DNA of 37,437 nucleotides, taken from assembly GCA_031459535.1 (NCBI GenBank), contig JAVKIJ010000022.1, positions 1-37,437 on the forward strand, written 5' to 3'. Below, in pieces: positions 26,582 to 35,876 of this stretch. Under the pieces are notes generated by a model. The model was not told the origin of the DNA, made no database searches, and saw nothing but the letters and a program-made list of their open reading frames with translations. Positions within the stretch are counted from its first letter, which is position 1. Each line of letters opens with the position of its first letter. The translations under genes were made by a program, and so were the position numbers. The stretch comes from Candidatus Fervidifonticultor quintus (lineage in GTDB: Bacteria; Sysuimicrobiota; Sysuimicrobiia; Sysuimicrobiales; Humicultoraceae).

Positions 26582-28851
26582 ATGGCCTGATACCTCTTGC
26601 GCAGGCGCAGCCGGACCATCTCGGCTGCCGTGTTGACCAGGAACGTCATAACGAACAGGAGCAGGGCTGCCAGGAACAGCACCCGGTAGAGCGTGCCGCC
26701 CTGGGGCGCCTCGGGCAACTCGACGGCGATGTTGGCCGACAGCGCCCGGAAGCCGTTGAAGATCGACCAGTCCATGACCGGTGTGTTACCGGTGGCCATG
26801 ACCACGATCATCGTCTCCCCGACGGCGCGACCGAACCCGATCATGATGGCCGAGAAGATCCCCGGGCTCGCCGTGGGCAGCACCACCCGTAGCGCGGTCT
26901 GCCAGCGTGTTGCGCCTAACGCCAATGAGCCGGCCGCCAGATACGGCGGGACGTTGGACAGCGCGTCTTCAGCGATCGTGAAGATGATGGGAATGACAGC
27001 GAACCCCATGGCGAACCCGACGACGAGCGAGTTGCGCTGGTCGTAGGTCACGCCCAGCGTCCCCAGCAGCCAGGCGCGGTAATCTCCGCCCAAGAGTCCG
27101 TGTTCGACCACGACGCCCAACCGCAGCGCCGCCCAAATTGCCAGCAGCACCGTGGGGACGATGAGCACGACCTCGCTGCCCGGTCGGACGCGCTGCCGGA
27201 CGCCCGGTGGTAGCTGCCGCCAGGCCACGACGGCGGCGATGATGGCGAGCGGGACGACGACCGGGATCAGAAAGACGCCGGGGGCGATCCTCTCGATGGT
27301 CGGCGCCAGCCACAGCCCGGCCAGGAAGCCCAGCACCACGCTGGGCAACGCCGCCATGATCTCAACCACTGGCTTGACGACCCCCCGAAGCGTGGGATGC
27401 ATGAACTGCGACGCGTAGAGGGCCCCGAGCACGGCCAGCGGCACGGCGACCAGCATGGCGTAGAATGTACCCTTCAGGGTCCCGTAGACGAGCGGGGTGA
27501 GGCTGAACTTCTCCTCGAAGTCGTCGGTCGCGCCGGTGGACTGCCAGACGAAGTCTGGTTCCTTGTAGCCTTCGTACAACACGCGCCCGAACAGTGTTTG
27601 CCACGTGATCTGGGGATGGGGATTCGCGAGCTCCCACTCGGCCAGCGTCCCGTCTGCGCCTGCGACGACCAGGCCGTCGGCTTTGGGCGCGAACGTCAGC
27701 GCATGGGTACCCGCCGTGCCTGCGGAAAATGCCAGCAGGGTCCTGCCGGTCGTTGCGTAGTTGAGGTGGATGGCGCCTCCGGCGTCGAGGGAGAGGAAGC
27801 CCTTGTCGCGACGCGATGGTGCCAGCGCCACAACGGGCCGGGCGTGGGCGCGGTAGTCGTGGGCCTTCTTCAAGCCGGCGGGTGGCACGTCGGGCAGGAT
27901 CAGCCACGAGCTCACTGCGCCACGCTCGTCGCCGACCAGCAAGGTCCGGTCGCCGAGCAGCAGGGCGAGGGCGCTGATGCCGACCCCGGGCGCACTGGCT
28001 GCCTCGATGACACCGTCGACCCTCGGCGAGTCCGGCTCGCCCACGGCCACGCTCGCCACCTGCCCGGTGGATGTGCCGACGTAGACGTGGTCTCCCCGGC
28101 TGTCCGCGGCGAGCTGGGTGATCTCACCCGCGACCGGGATGGCGACTGCGCGCCGCGTCTGTTCCCGTGTGGCGGTGCCGATGAGCGCCTTCCGCTCCAC
28201 GACGCCGACGATGGTGAGCTCGCGTGGCCCCGACACCACCGCCGCCAGCATGCCCTTCGGTGTCGCCGCAAATGCCAGGCGGCTGATCTGCCGGCCGGCC
28301 TCGTCGGCGACGATCGGCGCACCCGCCACCAGGCGGGCGGTGACGTGCCGCCGGCCGTCGGGGAAGCTCACATCGAACTGGACGGTGGCGGGGATCATGC
28401 GGCCGTCGGAGAGCCCCAGGCCGAACTGTCCGCGGCCGAGCGCCGAGGTGGCTGTGATGCGCGCCCGTCCCAATTCCTCGGGCCTGGCGACCGTCAGCGT
28501 CGAGCCGTCCTCGGCCGATACGAACTGGACGCCGCTCGGGGTGACGAGGTAGATGACCTGACGGTGCTCGTCAACGCCCACAGCAAGCGCGGCCTCACCC
28601 CCGGCCACCTGTACCGACCGCGCCGGCGTGGCCCGCGGCGAGCGGAACAGGGGCAGCACCTGGCTGACGATGACCGCAAAAATGGCCAGAATGGACGCGA
28701 TGACGAGAATCCCGCCGAGCGTCACGAACCGGCGGGCGAGGCGGTCGGCGAAGGCGCGTCGTCTGGCCAGTGAACCGGCCGGGAACCCGACCAAGGGGAC
28801 CGCCGGTGGCGATCCCCTTGGTCGCAGGATGTCTTCCTGGGCGTTGGCCAT
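26578..28851 (-). CDS. pstC: Phosphate ABC permease PstC, long form with beta-propeller-like insert
   Basis: WQSTG, KFSLTPLVYGTLKG, MAALPSVVLG and GRAVGETMIVVMATGNTP motifs, with a beta-rich repeat region of roughly 350 aa. Confidence 0.93.
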   Translation of the reverse strand: MANAQEDILRPRGSPPAVPLVGFPAGSLARRRAFADRLARRFVTLGGILVIASILAIFAVIVSQVLPLFRSPRATPARSVQVAGGEAALAVGVDEHRQVIYLVTPSGVQFVSAEDGSTLTVARPEELGRARITATSALGRGQFGLGLSDGRMIPATVQFDVSFPDGRRHVTARLVAGAPIVADEAGRQISRLAFAATPKGMLAAVVSGPRELTIVGVVERKALIGTATREQTRRAVAIPVAGEITQLAADSRGDHVYVGTSTGQVASVAVGEPDSPRVDGVIEAASAPGVGISALALLLGDRTLLVGDERGAVSSWLILPDVPPAGLKKAHDYRAHARPVVALAPSRRDKGFLSLDAGGAIHLNYATTGRTLLAFSAGTAGTHALTFAPKADGLVVAGADGTLAEWELANPHPQITWQTLFGRVLYEGYKEPDFVWQSTGATDDFEEKFSLTPLVYGTLKGTFYAMLVAVPLAVLGALYASQFMHPTLRGVVKPVVEIMAALPSVVLGFLAGLWLAPTIERIAPGVFLIPVVVPLAIIAAVVAWRQLPPGVRQRVRPGSEVVLIVPTVLLAIWAALRLGVVVEHGLLGGDYRAWLLGTLGVTYDQRNSLVVGFAMGFAVIPIIFTIAEDALSNVPPYLAAGSLALGATRWQTALRVVLPTASPGIFSAIMIGFGRAVGETMIVVMATGNTPVMDWSIFNGFRALSANIAVELPEAPQGGTLYRVLFLAALLLFVMTFLVNTAAEMVRLRLRKRYQAI

Positions 28852-28866
28852 CGCGTCGGGCTCCGC

Positions 28867-29856
28867 CTATTGCACCTTCTTGAGATCCTCGAACGCGATG
28901 ACCGCGGGAATCGGGAAGTAGCCGTCTTTGATCACGACCTCCTGACCCTGGCGCGAGAAGACATAGCGGACGAACTCGCGCACCAGCGGGTCGGCCGGCT
29001 GGTTGGGGCTTCGATTCACATAGACCAGCAGGAAACGCGCCAGCGGATACTTGGCGTCGTAGGCGTTCTGCGCCGTGGCCTCGTAGCACGTCGCCCCGGC
29101 CCGCTCGGCCAGCGGCACCGCCCGGACTCCCACCGTTGCGTATCCGATGCCGCTGTAGCCTATCGCGAAGCGGTCGACCGTGACGCCCTGGACCACCGAT
29201 GCCGATCCGGGCTGTTCTTTCACCTCGTCCTTGAAGTCACCGTTGCGCAGCGCGTGCTCCTTGAAAAAGCCATAGGTGCCCGAGGCTGAGTTCCGGCCGA
29301 AGAGGCTGATCGGCCGACTGGCCCACTCGCCGGTCAGCCCGAGCTGGCCCCAGGTCCGGATGTCTTCCCGGTAGCCCCAGCGGCGGGTCTTCGAGAAGAC
29401 CGCATCAACCTGCTCGATGGTGAGACAGCGGATGGGGTTGTCCTTGTTGACGAACACGGCCAGCGCATCCACGGCGACGCGGATCGCCGTGGGTTTGTAG
29501 CCGTACTTGCGCTCGAAGGCGTCGATCTCGGTCCCTCGCATCTCGCGCGACATTGGACCGAGTTGTGCCGTCCCGGCGATCAGCGCCGGCGGCGCAGTGC
29601 TCGATCCCTTGCCCTCGATCTGAATCCGCACGTTTGGGTAGAACTTCTGGAACCCCTCAGCCCACAGCGTCATGAGATTGTTGAGCGTGTCCGACCCCAC
29701 GCTGTTCAGGTTGCCGCTGATACCACTCACCGCGCGATAGGTGACCAGCCGAGAGTCCAGCCGGACTTGAGCGCCGCTAGGCGCGACCGCCACGCCCATG
29801 AGCGCAGCCACCACGGTCAGGATGACCACAGCCATCCCGACACCGGGAATCCGCAT
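28867..29856 (-). CDS. pstS: Phosphate-binding protein PstS
   Basis: [32 protein letters not shown] and GYSGIGY motifs. AAGGAGGT RBS. Confidence 0.95.
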   Translation of the reverse strand: MRIPGVGMAVVILTVVAALMGVAVAPSGAQVRLDSRLVTYRAVSGISGNLNSVGSDTLNNLMTLWAEGFQKFYPNVRIQIEGKGSSTAPPALIAGTAQLGPMSREMRGTEIDAFERKYGYKPTAIRVAVDALAVFVNKDNPIRCLTIEQVDAVFSKTRRWGYREDIRTWGQLGLTGEWASRPISLFGRNSASGTYGFFKEHALRNGDFKDEVKEQPGSASVVQGVTVDRFAIGYSGIGYATVGVRAVPLAERAGATCYEATAQNAYDAKYPLARFLLVYVNRSPNQPADPLVREFVRYVFSRQGQEVVIKDGYFPIPAVIAFEDLKKVQ

Positions 29857-29931
29857 GTCATACCTCCTTACTTAACACCGGGTTGTGTGATGCGACCGGC
29901 ATCCCTGGATGTACCGGTACATCTGAGGGCC

Positions 29932-29985
29932 AGGGTACCTGCCGGAGGTCAAACCTGGGTGAAATGGAGGATATGGTTATGTCAA
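29932..29985 (-). promoter_or_regulatory. Pho-box-like 11-bp-period direct repeats plus -10 for the pst operon
   Basis: Minus strand reads TTGACA-N5-ATATCC-N5-TTCACC-N5-TTGACC (29985-29947), then TACCCT (TAnnnT) 9 nt downstream. Confidence 0.6.
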
Positions 29986-30000
29986 GAGATGGCCACAGTA

Positions 30001-30029
30001 GCGCCGGGCGCCTCAGGGGCGCCCGGCGC
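30001..30029 (-). terminator. 12-bp GC hairpin, probable terminator between the hypothetical gene and the pst promoter
   Basis: GCGCCGGGCGCC-TCAGG-GGCGCCCGGCGC lies 31 nt after the stop at 30061. No real U-tract. Confidence 0.5.
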
Positions 30030-30060
30030 ACATCGTCGCTTGGTTGTAGTCTCCGCTCGA

Positions 30061-31185
30061 TCAGCGCCCCAGCGTGAGGGGCATCATCAGAGTGCTCTTC
30101 ACCCGCACCCGCAGGGCCCACTGCTGTTCCCACACCACCCGGGGATCCGACGGCCTCGGCGGCGCCACGAGGTTCAGCTCCTCTCCGTACGCGATCATCC
30201 GCAACAGGGCGCCCTCGGTGTCTGCAAAGATACCGCGGGGGATGGCGCACTGCGTCGTCGACGCCGCCAGCAACACCCGCTCCGCCGTCCAGCGCTCGAT
30301 GTTCGCATTCGGCAGATACTCGAACAGCCCCATGCCGGCCTCCGGCACGTCAGACGAGCTCCAGATGATGAGGTCGTTGCCCTTGGCGCCGAACGCGCCC
30401 AGAAAGTACGCTCGGGCAGTGGGGAGCGCGCGCCAGCGCAGCGATAGGCTCGCCTGCGGTTCGCCCTCGACCGCGGGCTCAATGGCGGGCATCAAGTCTT
30501 GGGCCGCGCCGATGGCGAAGCGCAGCCCAGGCGGCACCCCGTCGCCCGTGATGGTGTGCTCGCCCTGCAGCGATGCGCCGTCGGGGAGGATGCGCTTGTC
30601 GCGCTCGTTGGGCCAGATCGAATGCCCGGGTTCGGCCTGTGCGCCCCGCTCAGGCACAAAACGTCCCTGCCAGACGGTGGCCCACTCCTGCGCAGACGCC
30701 CGGGCGAAGTCCACGGTCCTGGGCTGTCCGGGCCGCACGTCCGCGCTGCACCCCCAGTAGAACAGGACGCGGCCCTTGGGCTGCTCTGCCGTGCCCGGGT
30801 CGCGCTCGCCGCTCGGGGCACCGGGCGAGGCAGCCGCAGGCCTCACCGGCTCCAACGGCAGGCTTGCGCCCAGGCGGAGGCCCTGCGGGATGCCGTGGGT
30901 GGCCTGGATGCCCTGCGGGCGCGTGCGAACAAACAGGGCCGTGTCGAGGTACCGGCCGAACATGTGACGCGTATAGCCGAACTGGTTCTCCCGCGGCGGC
31001 ACGAACATCGGGGGGAGCGGGGGCGCGCCGGGGATGCGCGGCGCGGCAAAGATGTTCGTGGCCACATCCATCCAGACCCGGGCGATCGGGGGCCGGACCT
31101 CCTGCTGCTGGGCCAGAGCGACCGCCACCAGCAGCGTGACCAGCGCGACGACGGCAGGCAAGGGAAGCAGAGAGCGAATGCGCAT
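30061..31185 (-). CDS. Secreted hypothetical protein (374 aa)
   Basis: Signal peptide (ALA-QQQ), GGAGG RBS and a beta-rich globular-looking sequence. No family recognised. Confidence 0.8.
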   Translation of the reverse strand: MRIRSLLPLPAVVALVTLLVAVALAQQQEVRPPIARVWMDVATNIFAAPRIPGAPPLPPMFVPPRENQFGYTRHMFGRYLDTALFVRTRPQGIQATHGIPQGLRLGASLPLEPVRPAAASPGAPSGERDPGTAEQPKGRVLFYWGCSADVRPGQPRTVDFARASAQEWATVWQGRFVPERGAQAEPGHSIWPNERDKRILPDGASLQGEHTITGDGVPPGLRFAIGAAQDLMPAIEPAVEGEPQASLSLRWRALPTARAYFLGAFGAKGNDLIIWSSSDVPEAGMGLFEYLPNANIERWTAERVLLAASTTQCAIPRGIFADTEGALLRMIAYGEELNLVAPPRPSDPRVVWEQQWALRVRVKSTLMMPLTLGR

Positions 31186-31200
31186 TCGCGTCCTCCAGGA

Positions 31201-31216
31201 TTGACATCCGTGTCAA
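31201..31216. promoter_or_regulatory. Palindromic operator candidate TTGACA-N4-TGTCAA
   Basis: Perfect 6-bp arms, immediately upstream of the RBS of the 30061-31185 gene, in an AT-rich patch. Confidence 0.5.
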
Positions 31217-31257
31217 AACTCTTTTTGTTTCACGGGAGGCCGACAGTTTCCTCTATT

Positions 31258-31986
31258 TCATTTCGTCGCTTCGGTACCGGGTTGCTGATCCGCCGTCGGG
31301 CGTCGCGTCGGGTGATTCTCGTTGGGACTTGGCCGGAAGATCGGCAGGTCCAGTAGATTCGGAAGGGCGGCAACACGGTAGTCGGCCGTCGCGTTCGGAC
31401 CGCAGAATGCGGCCACCGTGACCATCCCCACGCGGCGGGCACCCTCCAGTTCGCGGGCTTCGTGGCCCACAAAGGCGGCCTCGGCTGCGGTCAGGCGGGC
31501 CCTGGCCAAAGCGTCCAGGTAGATGCGGGGATCGGGCTTGCGCGCGCCCAACGCCGTGGAGCAGGAGATCACGTGGAAGTAGTCGGCCAGGCCTGCGCGT
31601 GCGAGCCACCCCATCTTCACCGGCAGTGGGTACATGGTGTCCGTGATCACCCCCAGGAGGAAGCCCCGCACTTTCAGCGCCGCCAGCGTCGCTGCCGCTT
31701 CGGGCATGGCGATTACTTCGTCAGCGTGCCGCAGGATTTGGGAGACCATCGGGGCTCGCTCACCTTTCGGAACCCCGTGCGCGGCCAGGTGGGCGTCCCA
31801 GTAGTCGTAGGGACTACGGCGGCCGATGGTAGCCTGATCCCGGAGGGCGCGCAGTCGCGTCCGATCGACCGCGGAGAGTTCGGCAGAGTAGCCCCGCTCC
31901 GTCAGGAGCCTGAGCGCATAGCGCTCGGTCGGCTCGCGGCGGTCGTAGAGGACTCCGTGCGCGTCGAAGAAGACGCCTTTGATCAC
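31258..31986 (-). CDS. HAD family hydrolase
   Basis: Motif I FFDAHGVL, motif II GVITD, motif III RKPDPRIY and motif IV FVGHEARELEGA. GTGA overlap with the upstream HAD gene. Confidence 0.88.
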   Translation of the reverse strand: MIKGVFFDAHGVLYDRREPTERYALRLLTERGYSAELSAVDRTRLRALRDQATIGRRSPYDYWDAHLAAHGVPKGERAPMVSQILRHADEVIAMPEAAATLAALKVRGFLLGVITDTMYPLPVKMGWLARAGLADYFHVISCSTALGARKPDPRIYLDALARARLTAAEAAFVGHEARELEGARRVGMVTVAAFCGPNATADYRVAALPNLLDLPIFRPSPNENHPTRRPTADQQPGTEATK

Positions 31987-32780
31987 AGCGCGCGCCCGGG
32001 GCCGATGCGCCCGGTGTCGCCCCTCGTTTCGGCGACGCCGGCCCCTGTGACGAGCGGCACCACTTCCATAAGGTCGCGGACGACCGCGTCGGGGATCTCG
32101 GTATCGGTTTCCCTGTCAGCCTTGCCGGTCAGAAACGAGCGGATCTGGATGGCCCGGCCGTAGCCGGCCCGGCGCGCGCCGGCGATGTCGCGCGAGACCG
32201 TGTCGCCCACGTAGGCGCAGGCTCCCGGTGACAGACCCATCCGGCGAGCCGCTTCCAGAAAGATGCGAGGATCGGGCTTGCGGATGCCCAGTTCCGCGCT
32301 GGTGAGGATGGGGTTGAAGTAGTGAGCGACGCCGTACGAGGCCAGGTTGCGTGGGACCAGCTCCCGGCTGATGATATTGGAGACCACGGCGAGACGGAGG
32401 CCGCGGCGGTGGAGAGCCTCCAGGGCGCCGGGCGCCTCCGGACGTAGAGCCCTCCGGTAGAAGGTGTTCTCATAGTAGAAGGTCAGCTCCTCGGCCGCGG
32501 CCGCAAGCCCTGCAGCGAAGCGGTGGTCTGGGAAGACGTACTCGGTCCAGACCCTGGCGGGCGGCAGTTCGACGTTCGTCTGCTCCCGCCAGCGTTGGTA
32601 GGCGGCCATGCCCGACTCAACGGCGCCGTACAGATCCGGCGGCGCGAGGCCGGGTTCGAGCCCCCGCTGCACGAGTAGCGCGTGCAGGCCTCGCGCCGCG
32701 TCCTGCCTGATGGCCTCGTCGTAATAGACGTCTTCGAGCGTGCCGCCCAGGTCGAAGACGACCGCCCCGATGCTTGACAT
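31983..32780 (-). CDS. HAD family hydrolase
   Basis: VFDLGGTL, VVSN, RKPDPRIF and YVGDTVSRDIAGA motifs. Start moved to ATG 32780, just after the binding-protein stop. Confidence 0.9.
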   Translation of the reverse strand: MSSIGAVVFDLGGTLEDVYYDEAIRQDAARGLHALLVQRGLEPGLAPPDLYGAVESGMAAYQRWREQTNVELPPARVWTEYVFPDHRFAAGLAAAAEELTFYYENTFYRRALRPEAPGALEALHRRGLRLAVVSNIISRELVPRNLASYGVAHYFNPILTSAELGIRKPDPRIFLEAARRMGLSPGACAYVGDTVSRDIAGARRAGYGRAIQIRSFLTGKADRETDTEIPDAVVRDLMEVVPLVTGAGVAETRGDTGRIGPGRAL

Positions 32781-32791
32781 GGAGGCGGCGC

Positions 32792-34003
32792 TCACCTCCT
32801 CCGCTGGTTGGCCACCCAGAAGTCCAGCACCTTCGGTCCGTGCTGATACGCGAAGACGGGATCGATGACCCACGACCTGGTCCGCAGCACCGCGAACGGC
32901 ACGGCGCCCGGCGGCACCACGATCATACCTGTGCGCGGTGCGTAGTCGCCGGGCACGAACCACGGGGCGAATCCCAACCCGCCCTTGCTGTCGCCCATCA
33001 GCCAGCGGATCATGAGCTTTGCCGCGTTGGGATGCGGTGCCTGATCGATGATCCCGATGTACGACTGATAGAAGACGCAGCAAACCGGCCTGGCATCCAG
33101 GACGGGCTCGAAGGCGAATCGGCCGGCCAGCACGTCGCGGTACTTCGCGTAGTCCACCCATCCCAGCGGCGGGTCCTTCTGGCCCTTCGTGCCGACAAAC
33201 TTCGAGACGTCGCCGTCGCTCCCGGCAAAAACGGGATCATTCCTTAGAAACTCTCTGATCCACTGGTAGGCGGCGTTGGGGACGTCTCTGTCGAGCACGA
33301 TGTCCTTACCGAACGCCTCTCTGTAAGCCTTCGCGAAGTCGTCGGCGTGCTGGACGAAAGTGGTGAGAACACTGAGGTTCTCACCCGATTCGAAGATGTC
33401 TTTCATGAGGATCTTGCCCTTCCACTGCGGCCGTGTCAGATCCCACCAGTTGGTGATGGGCGACTTCTTGTAAACCTCGGAGTTGTAAATGATGACCCGG
33501 GTACCCAGGCGGTGGACCAGCAAGGGCTCCTGGAACTCCCGGGGGACGACCGCGGCCAGGTTGCTGGGGACGAAGTTCCAGAGCAGGCCCTTGGGGATCA
33601 ACTCTTTGACCACTGTGGGCGGATCACCTGCGAAAAAGACGTCGCCCACGTGCACTCCGGCCCGGGCTTCCTCTTTGATCTTGGTGATCGTCGTCACCGT
33701 GCCGATGTCGAAGGCTTCCACTTTGATGCCGGGATATGCCGCCTCGAAGGTCTTGGCGGCGTCTGGGATGCGCGACGAGGAGGAGTAGACGACAACTTTG
33801 CCTTCTCTCCTGGCCGCATCTTCGATGGCTTTCCAGTCTTGGTTTCTCCCGGCGTAGGGGCCCAGCTGGGCGTCCTTCAGCCACCTCTCGCGGGATGGCG
33901 TGAGCACTGGACCGGCGAGCGTTGCGGCGGGAGCCCACCACACGCTCCCGGCCAGGCTGACCACCACCCCCAGGGCCAACGCGCACAGAACCTGTCTGGA
34001 CAT
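32792..34003 (-). CDS. ABC substrate-binding protein, Fe3+/AfuA-like family
   Basis: Signal peptide, then ARREGKVVVYS, NWWDLTRPQWKGKI and APHPNAAKLMIRWL motifs. Confidence 0.88.
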   Translation of the reverse strand: MSRQVLCALALGVVVSLAGSVWWAPAATLAGPVLTPSRERWLKDAQLGPYAGRNQDWKAIEDAARREGKVVVYSSSSRIPDAAKTFEAAYPGIKVEAFDIGTVTTITKIKEEARAGVHVGDVFFAGDPPTVVKELIPKGLLWNFVPSNLAAVVPREFQEPLLVHRLGTRVIIYNSEVYKKSPITNWWDLTRPQWKGKILMKDIFESGENLSVLTTFVQHADDFAKAYREAFGKDIVLDRDVPNAAYQWIREFLRNDPVFAGSDGDVSKFVGTKGQKDPPLGWVDYAKYRDVLAGRFAFEPVLDARPVCCVFYQSYIGIIDQAPHPNAAKLMIRWLMGDSKGGLGFAPWFVPGDYAPRTGMIVVPPGAVPFAVLRTRSWVIDPVFAYQHGPKVLDFWVANQRRR

Positions 34004-34015
34004 GGTCTCCCTCCT

Positions 34016-35845
34016 CTATGTCTGGAGTCCCCTTGACAGATCGGCGCCCCTCACCCGACCGATCGCCCACTGGCCGGCCAGGCTCAGGACGACCAGGATC
34101 ACCACGATCCCGTCCGCAAACTGTGTGTAACCCTGTTCCGTGTACCGGAAGAGCACGCTGGGCAGCACGCGGGTGGCCGGCGTCACCAGGAGGATGATCA
34201 GGGACAGTTCCCGTATGGTGCTGATGAAGGTCAGCAGGAATCCTGAGAAGAGGCCGCCTGCGGCCAGCGGCACGATGACGCGGCGGAAGCGCGTGGTCCA
34301 CGACGCGCCTGCCACCACTGCGGCCTCTTCCAGCTCGCCTCCGATCTGCAGCATCGCTGCCACCCCCGCCCGCGACGAGAACGGCAGGTTCTTGGCCACC
34401 GAGACCAGCACCAGCAGCGCAAACGTTCCGTACAGTGCCGGGATGGGACCCAATGGGGCGGCGAACATGGCGATGTAGGCGGCTCCAAAGGCGATGCTGG
34501 GGATCAGGTAGGGGAGAAAGGCAACCTGCTCCAGGAGCCGCGAGGCCCGCGTGCCGCGTCCCTTCACGATGGCGTAGCCCAGAAAGAGCCCGACAACCGC
34601 CACGATCGCGGAGGCCAGCGATGCCAAAAGGACGCTGTTCTTCGCGGCGCCCAGGACCAGGAAGTTCCGCAACAGGCCCACTTCCCCTTCGGCATAGCGG
34701 CGGTTCCCGCCCGGCGTGGTCCAGTAGTGCAGCGAGAGGTTGCCGAGGCTGTAGTCGTTCTCCTCCAGCATCAGCGACTGCCAGACCAGGAACAGCAGGG
34801 GCGCCAGCACGCATACCGCGACGAACGTCACCACCGCAACGAGGAGCGGCACCTTCCACCGGCGCAGCGGCGTCGGCCGGATGTGCAGGCCTCGTCCCGC
34901 GATGGTGACGAACCCCTTCCGCGTCCCGATCAGCCGCTGGTTCGCGTAGACGGTCACCGCCGAAAGGGCGATAAGGCCCAGCGCCAGGATGTAGGCATCG
35001 GCGGCGAAGCCCAGGCGCAGGTTGCCATACAGCGAGGTCGCCAGTGTGTAGTATCGCACTGGTCGTCCCAGGAAAATCGGCGTGCCAAACGTGCCCAGCG
35101 CCCGCGAGAACGTCAGGATGAATGCCGATAGGACCGCCGGCAGGACCAGTGGGAGCGTGATGCGCCGCAAGACCTTCCAGTGGCTGGCCCCCAGGATCTC
35201 CCCCGACTCCTCCAGGTGTCGATCCACTGACGCCAGCGCGCCGGCCGTCAACACGTATGCGAAGGCGTAGTAGTGCAGCCCGAGACACACGATGATCGGG
35301 ATTGGTCCGTATGCCAGCCAGTTCGGAGGCGCGATGCCGGTGAGATATTGGAACAGCCCCACCGACCCACCAATCCGGGGATTCCTGAAGACACCGAGCC
35401 ACGCCAGCGCGATCACCCACGAGGGCAGGATGTATGGAATGGTCACCAGGCTGCGTAGCACACGGCGCCCCGGTAGGTCTGTACGGGTCAGCACCCAAGC
35501 CAGCGGGCAGCCGATCGCCAGCGCCAGGAGCGTGGTGCCGGAGGCCGTCACCAGGGTGTTGATGAACGGCATGTAGACCAGTTCGCGGCTAACCGTTCCT
35601 AGGAACGTGCGCTTCCAGTGGAAGAGGGTGAAGGCGCCTTCTTCGAAGCTGTCAGCCAGCCGCGCGTCCTCGGGTTGCCACGTCACCGTGGCCCAGGCGA
35701 TGCGCGCGAGCGGCATCACGACCAGGTAGGCAAGCAGAGTGCCCAGGACGATGGTGATCAGCATGCGGGGCGTCGTGAGGGTCCGCCACAGGCGGCGCGT
35801 GTGCCACACGACCTGTAAGGGCCGAACGGATGCGACGGCGGCCAT
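34016..35845 (-). CDS. ABC permease, fused two-repeat FbpB/AfuB type
   Basis: AWVLTRTDLPGR and two EAA loops (LEESGEILGAS; LEEAAVVAGAS). ATG at 35845 follows GGAGGG. Confidence 0.93.
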   Translation of the reverse strand: MAAVASVRPLQVVWHTRRLWRTLTTPRMLITIVLGTLLAYLVVMPLARIAWATVTWQPEDARLADSFEEGAFTLFHWKRTFLGTVSRELVYMPFINTLVTASGTTLLALAIGCPLAWVLTRTDLPGRRVLRSLVTIPYILPSWVIALAWLGVFRNPRIGGSVGLFQYLTGIAPPNWLAYGPIPIIVCLGLHYYAFAYVLTAGALASVDRHLEESGEILGASHWKVLRRITLPLVLPAVLSAFILTFSRALGTFGTPIFLGRPVRYYTLATSLYGNLRLGFAADAYILALGLIALSAVTVYANQRLIGTRKGFVTIAGRGLHIRPTPLRRWKVPLLVAVVTFVAVCVLAPLLFLVWQSLMLEENDYSLGNLSLHYWTTPGGNRRYAEGEVGLLRNFLVLGAAKNSVLLASLASAIVAVVGLFLGYAIVKGRGTRASRLLEQVAFLPYLIPSIAFGAAYIAMFAAPLGPIPALYGTFALLVLVSVAKNLPFSSRAGVAAMLQIGGELEEAAVVAGASWTTRFRRVIVPLAAGGLFSGFLLTFISTIRELSLIILLVTPATRVLPSVLFRYTEQGYTQFADGIVVILVVLSLAGQWAIGRVRGADLSRGLQT

Positions 35846-35876
35846 CAGGTCATCCCTCCACCATCGCCGGGCTCCA

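Noticed and set aside
31983-33161. 392-aa HAD with a long N-terminal domain
   Set aside because: The extension overlaps the binding-protein gene out of frame. HAD motif I begins right after ATG 32780.
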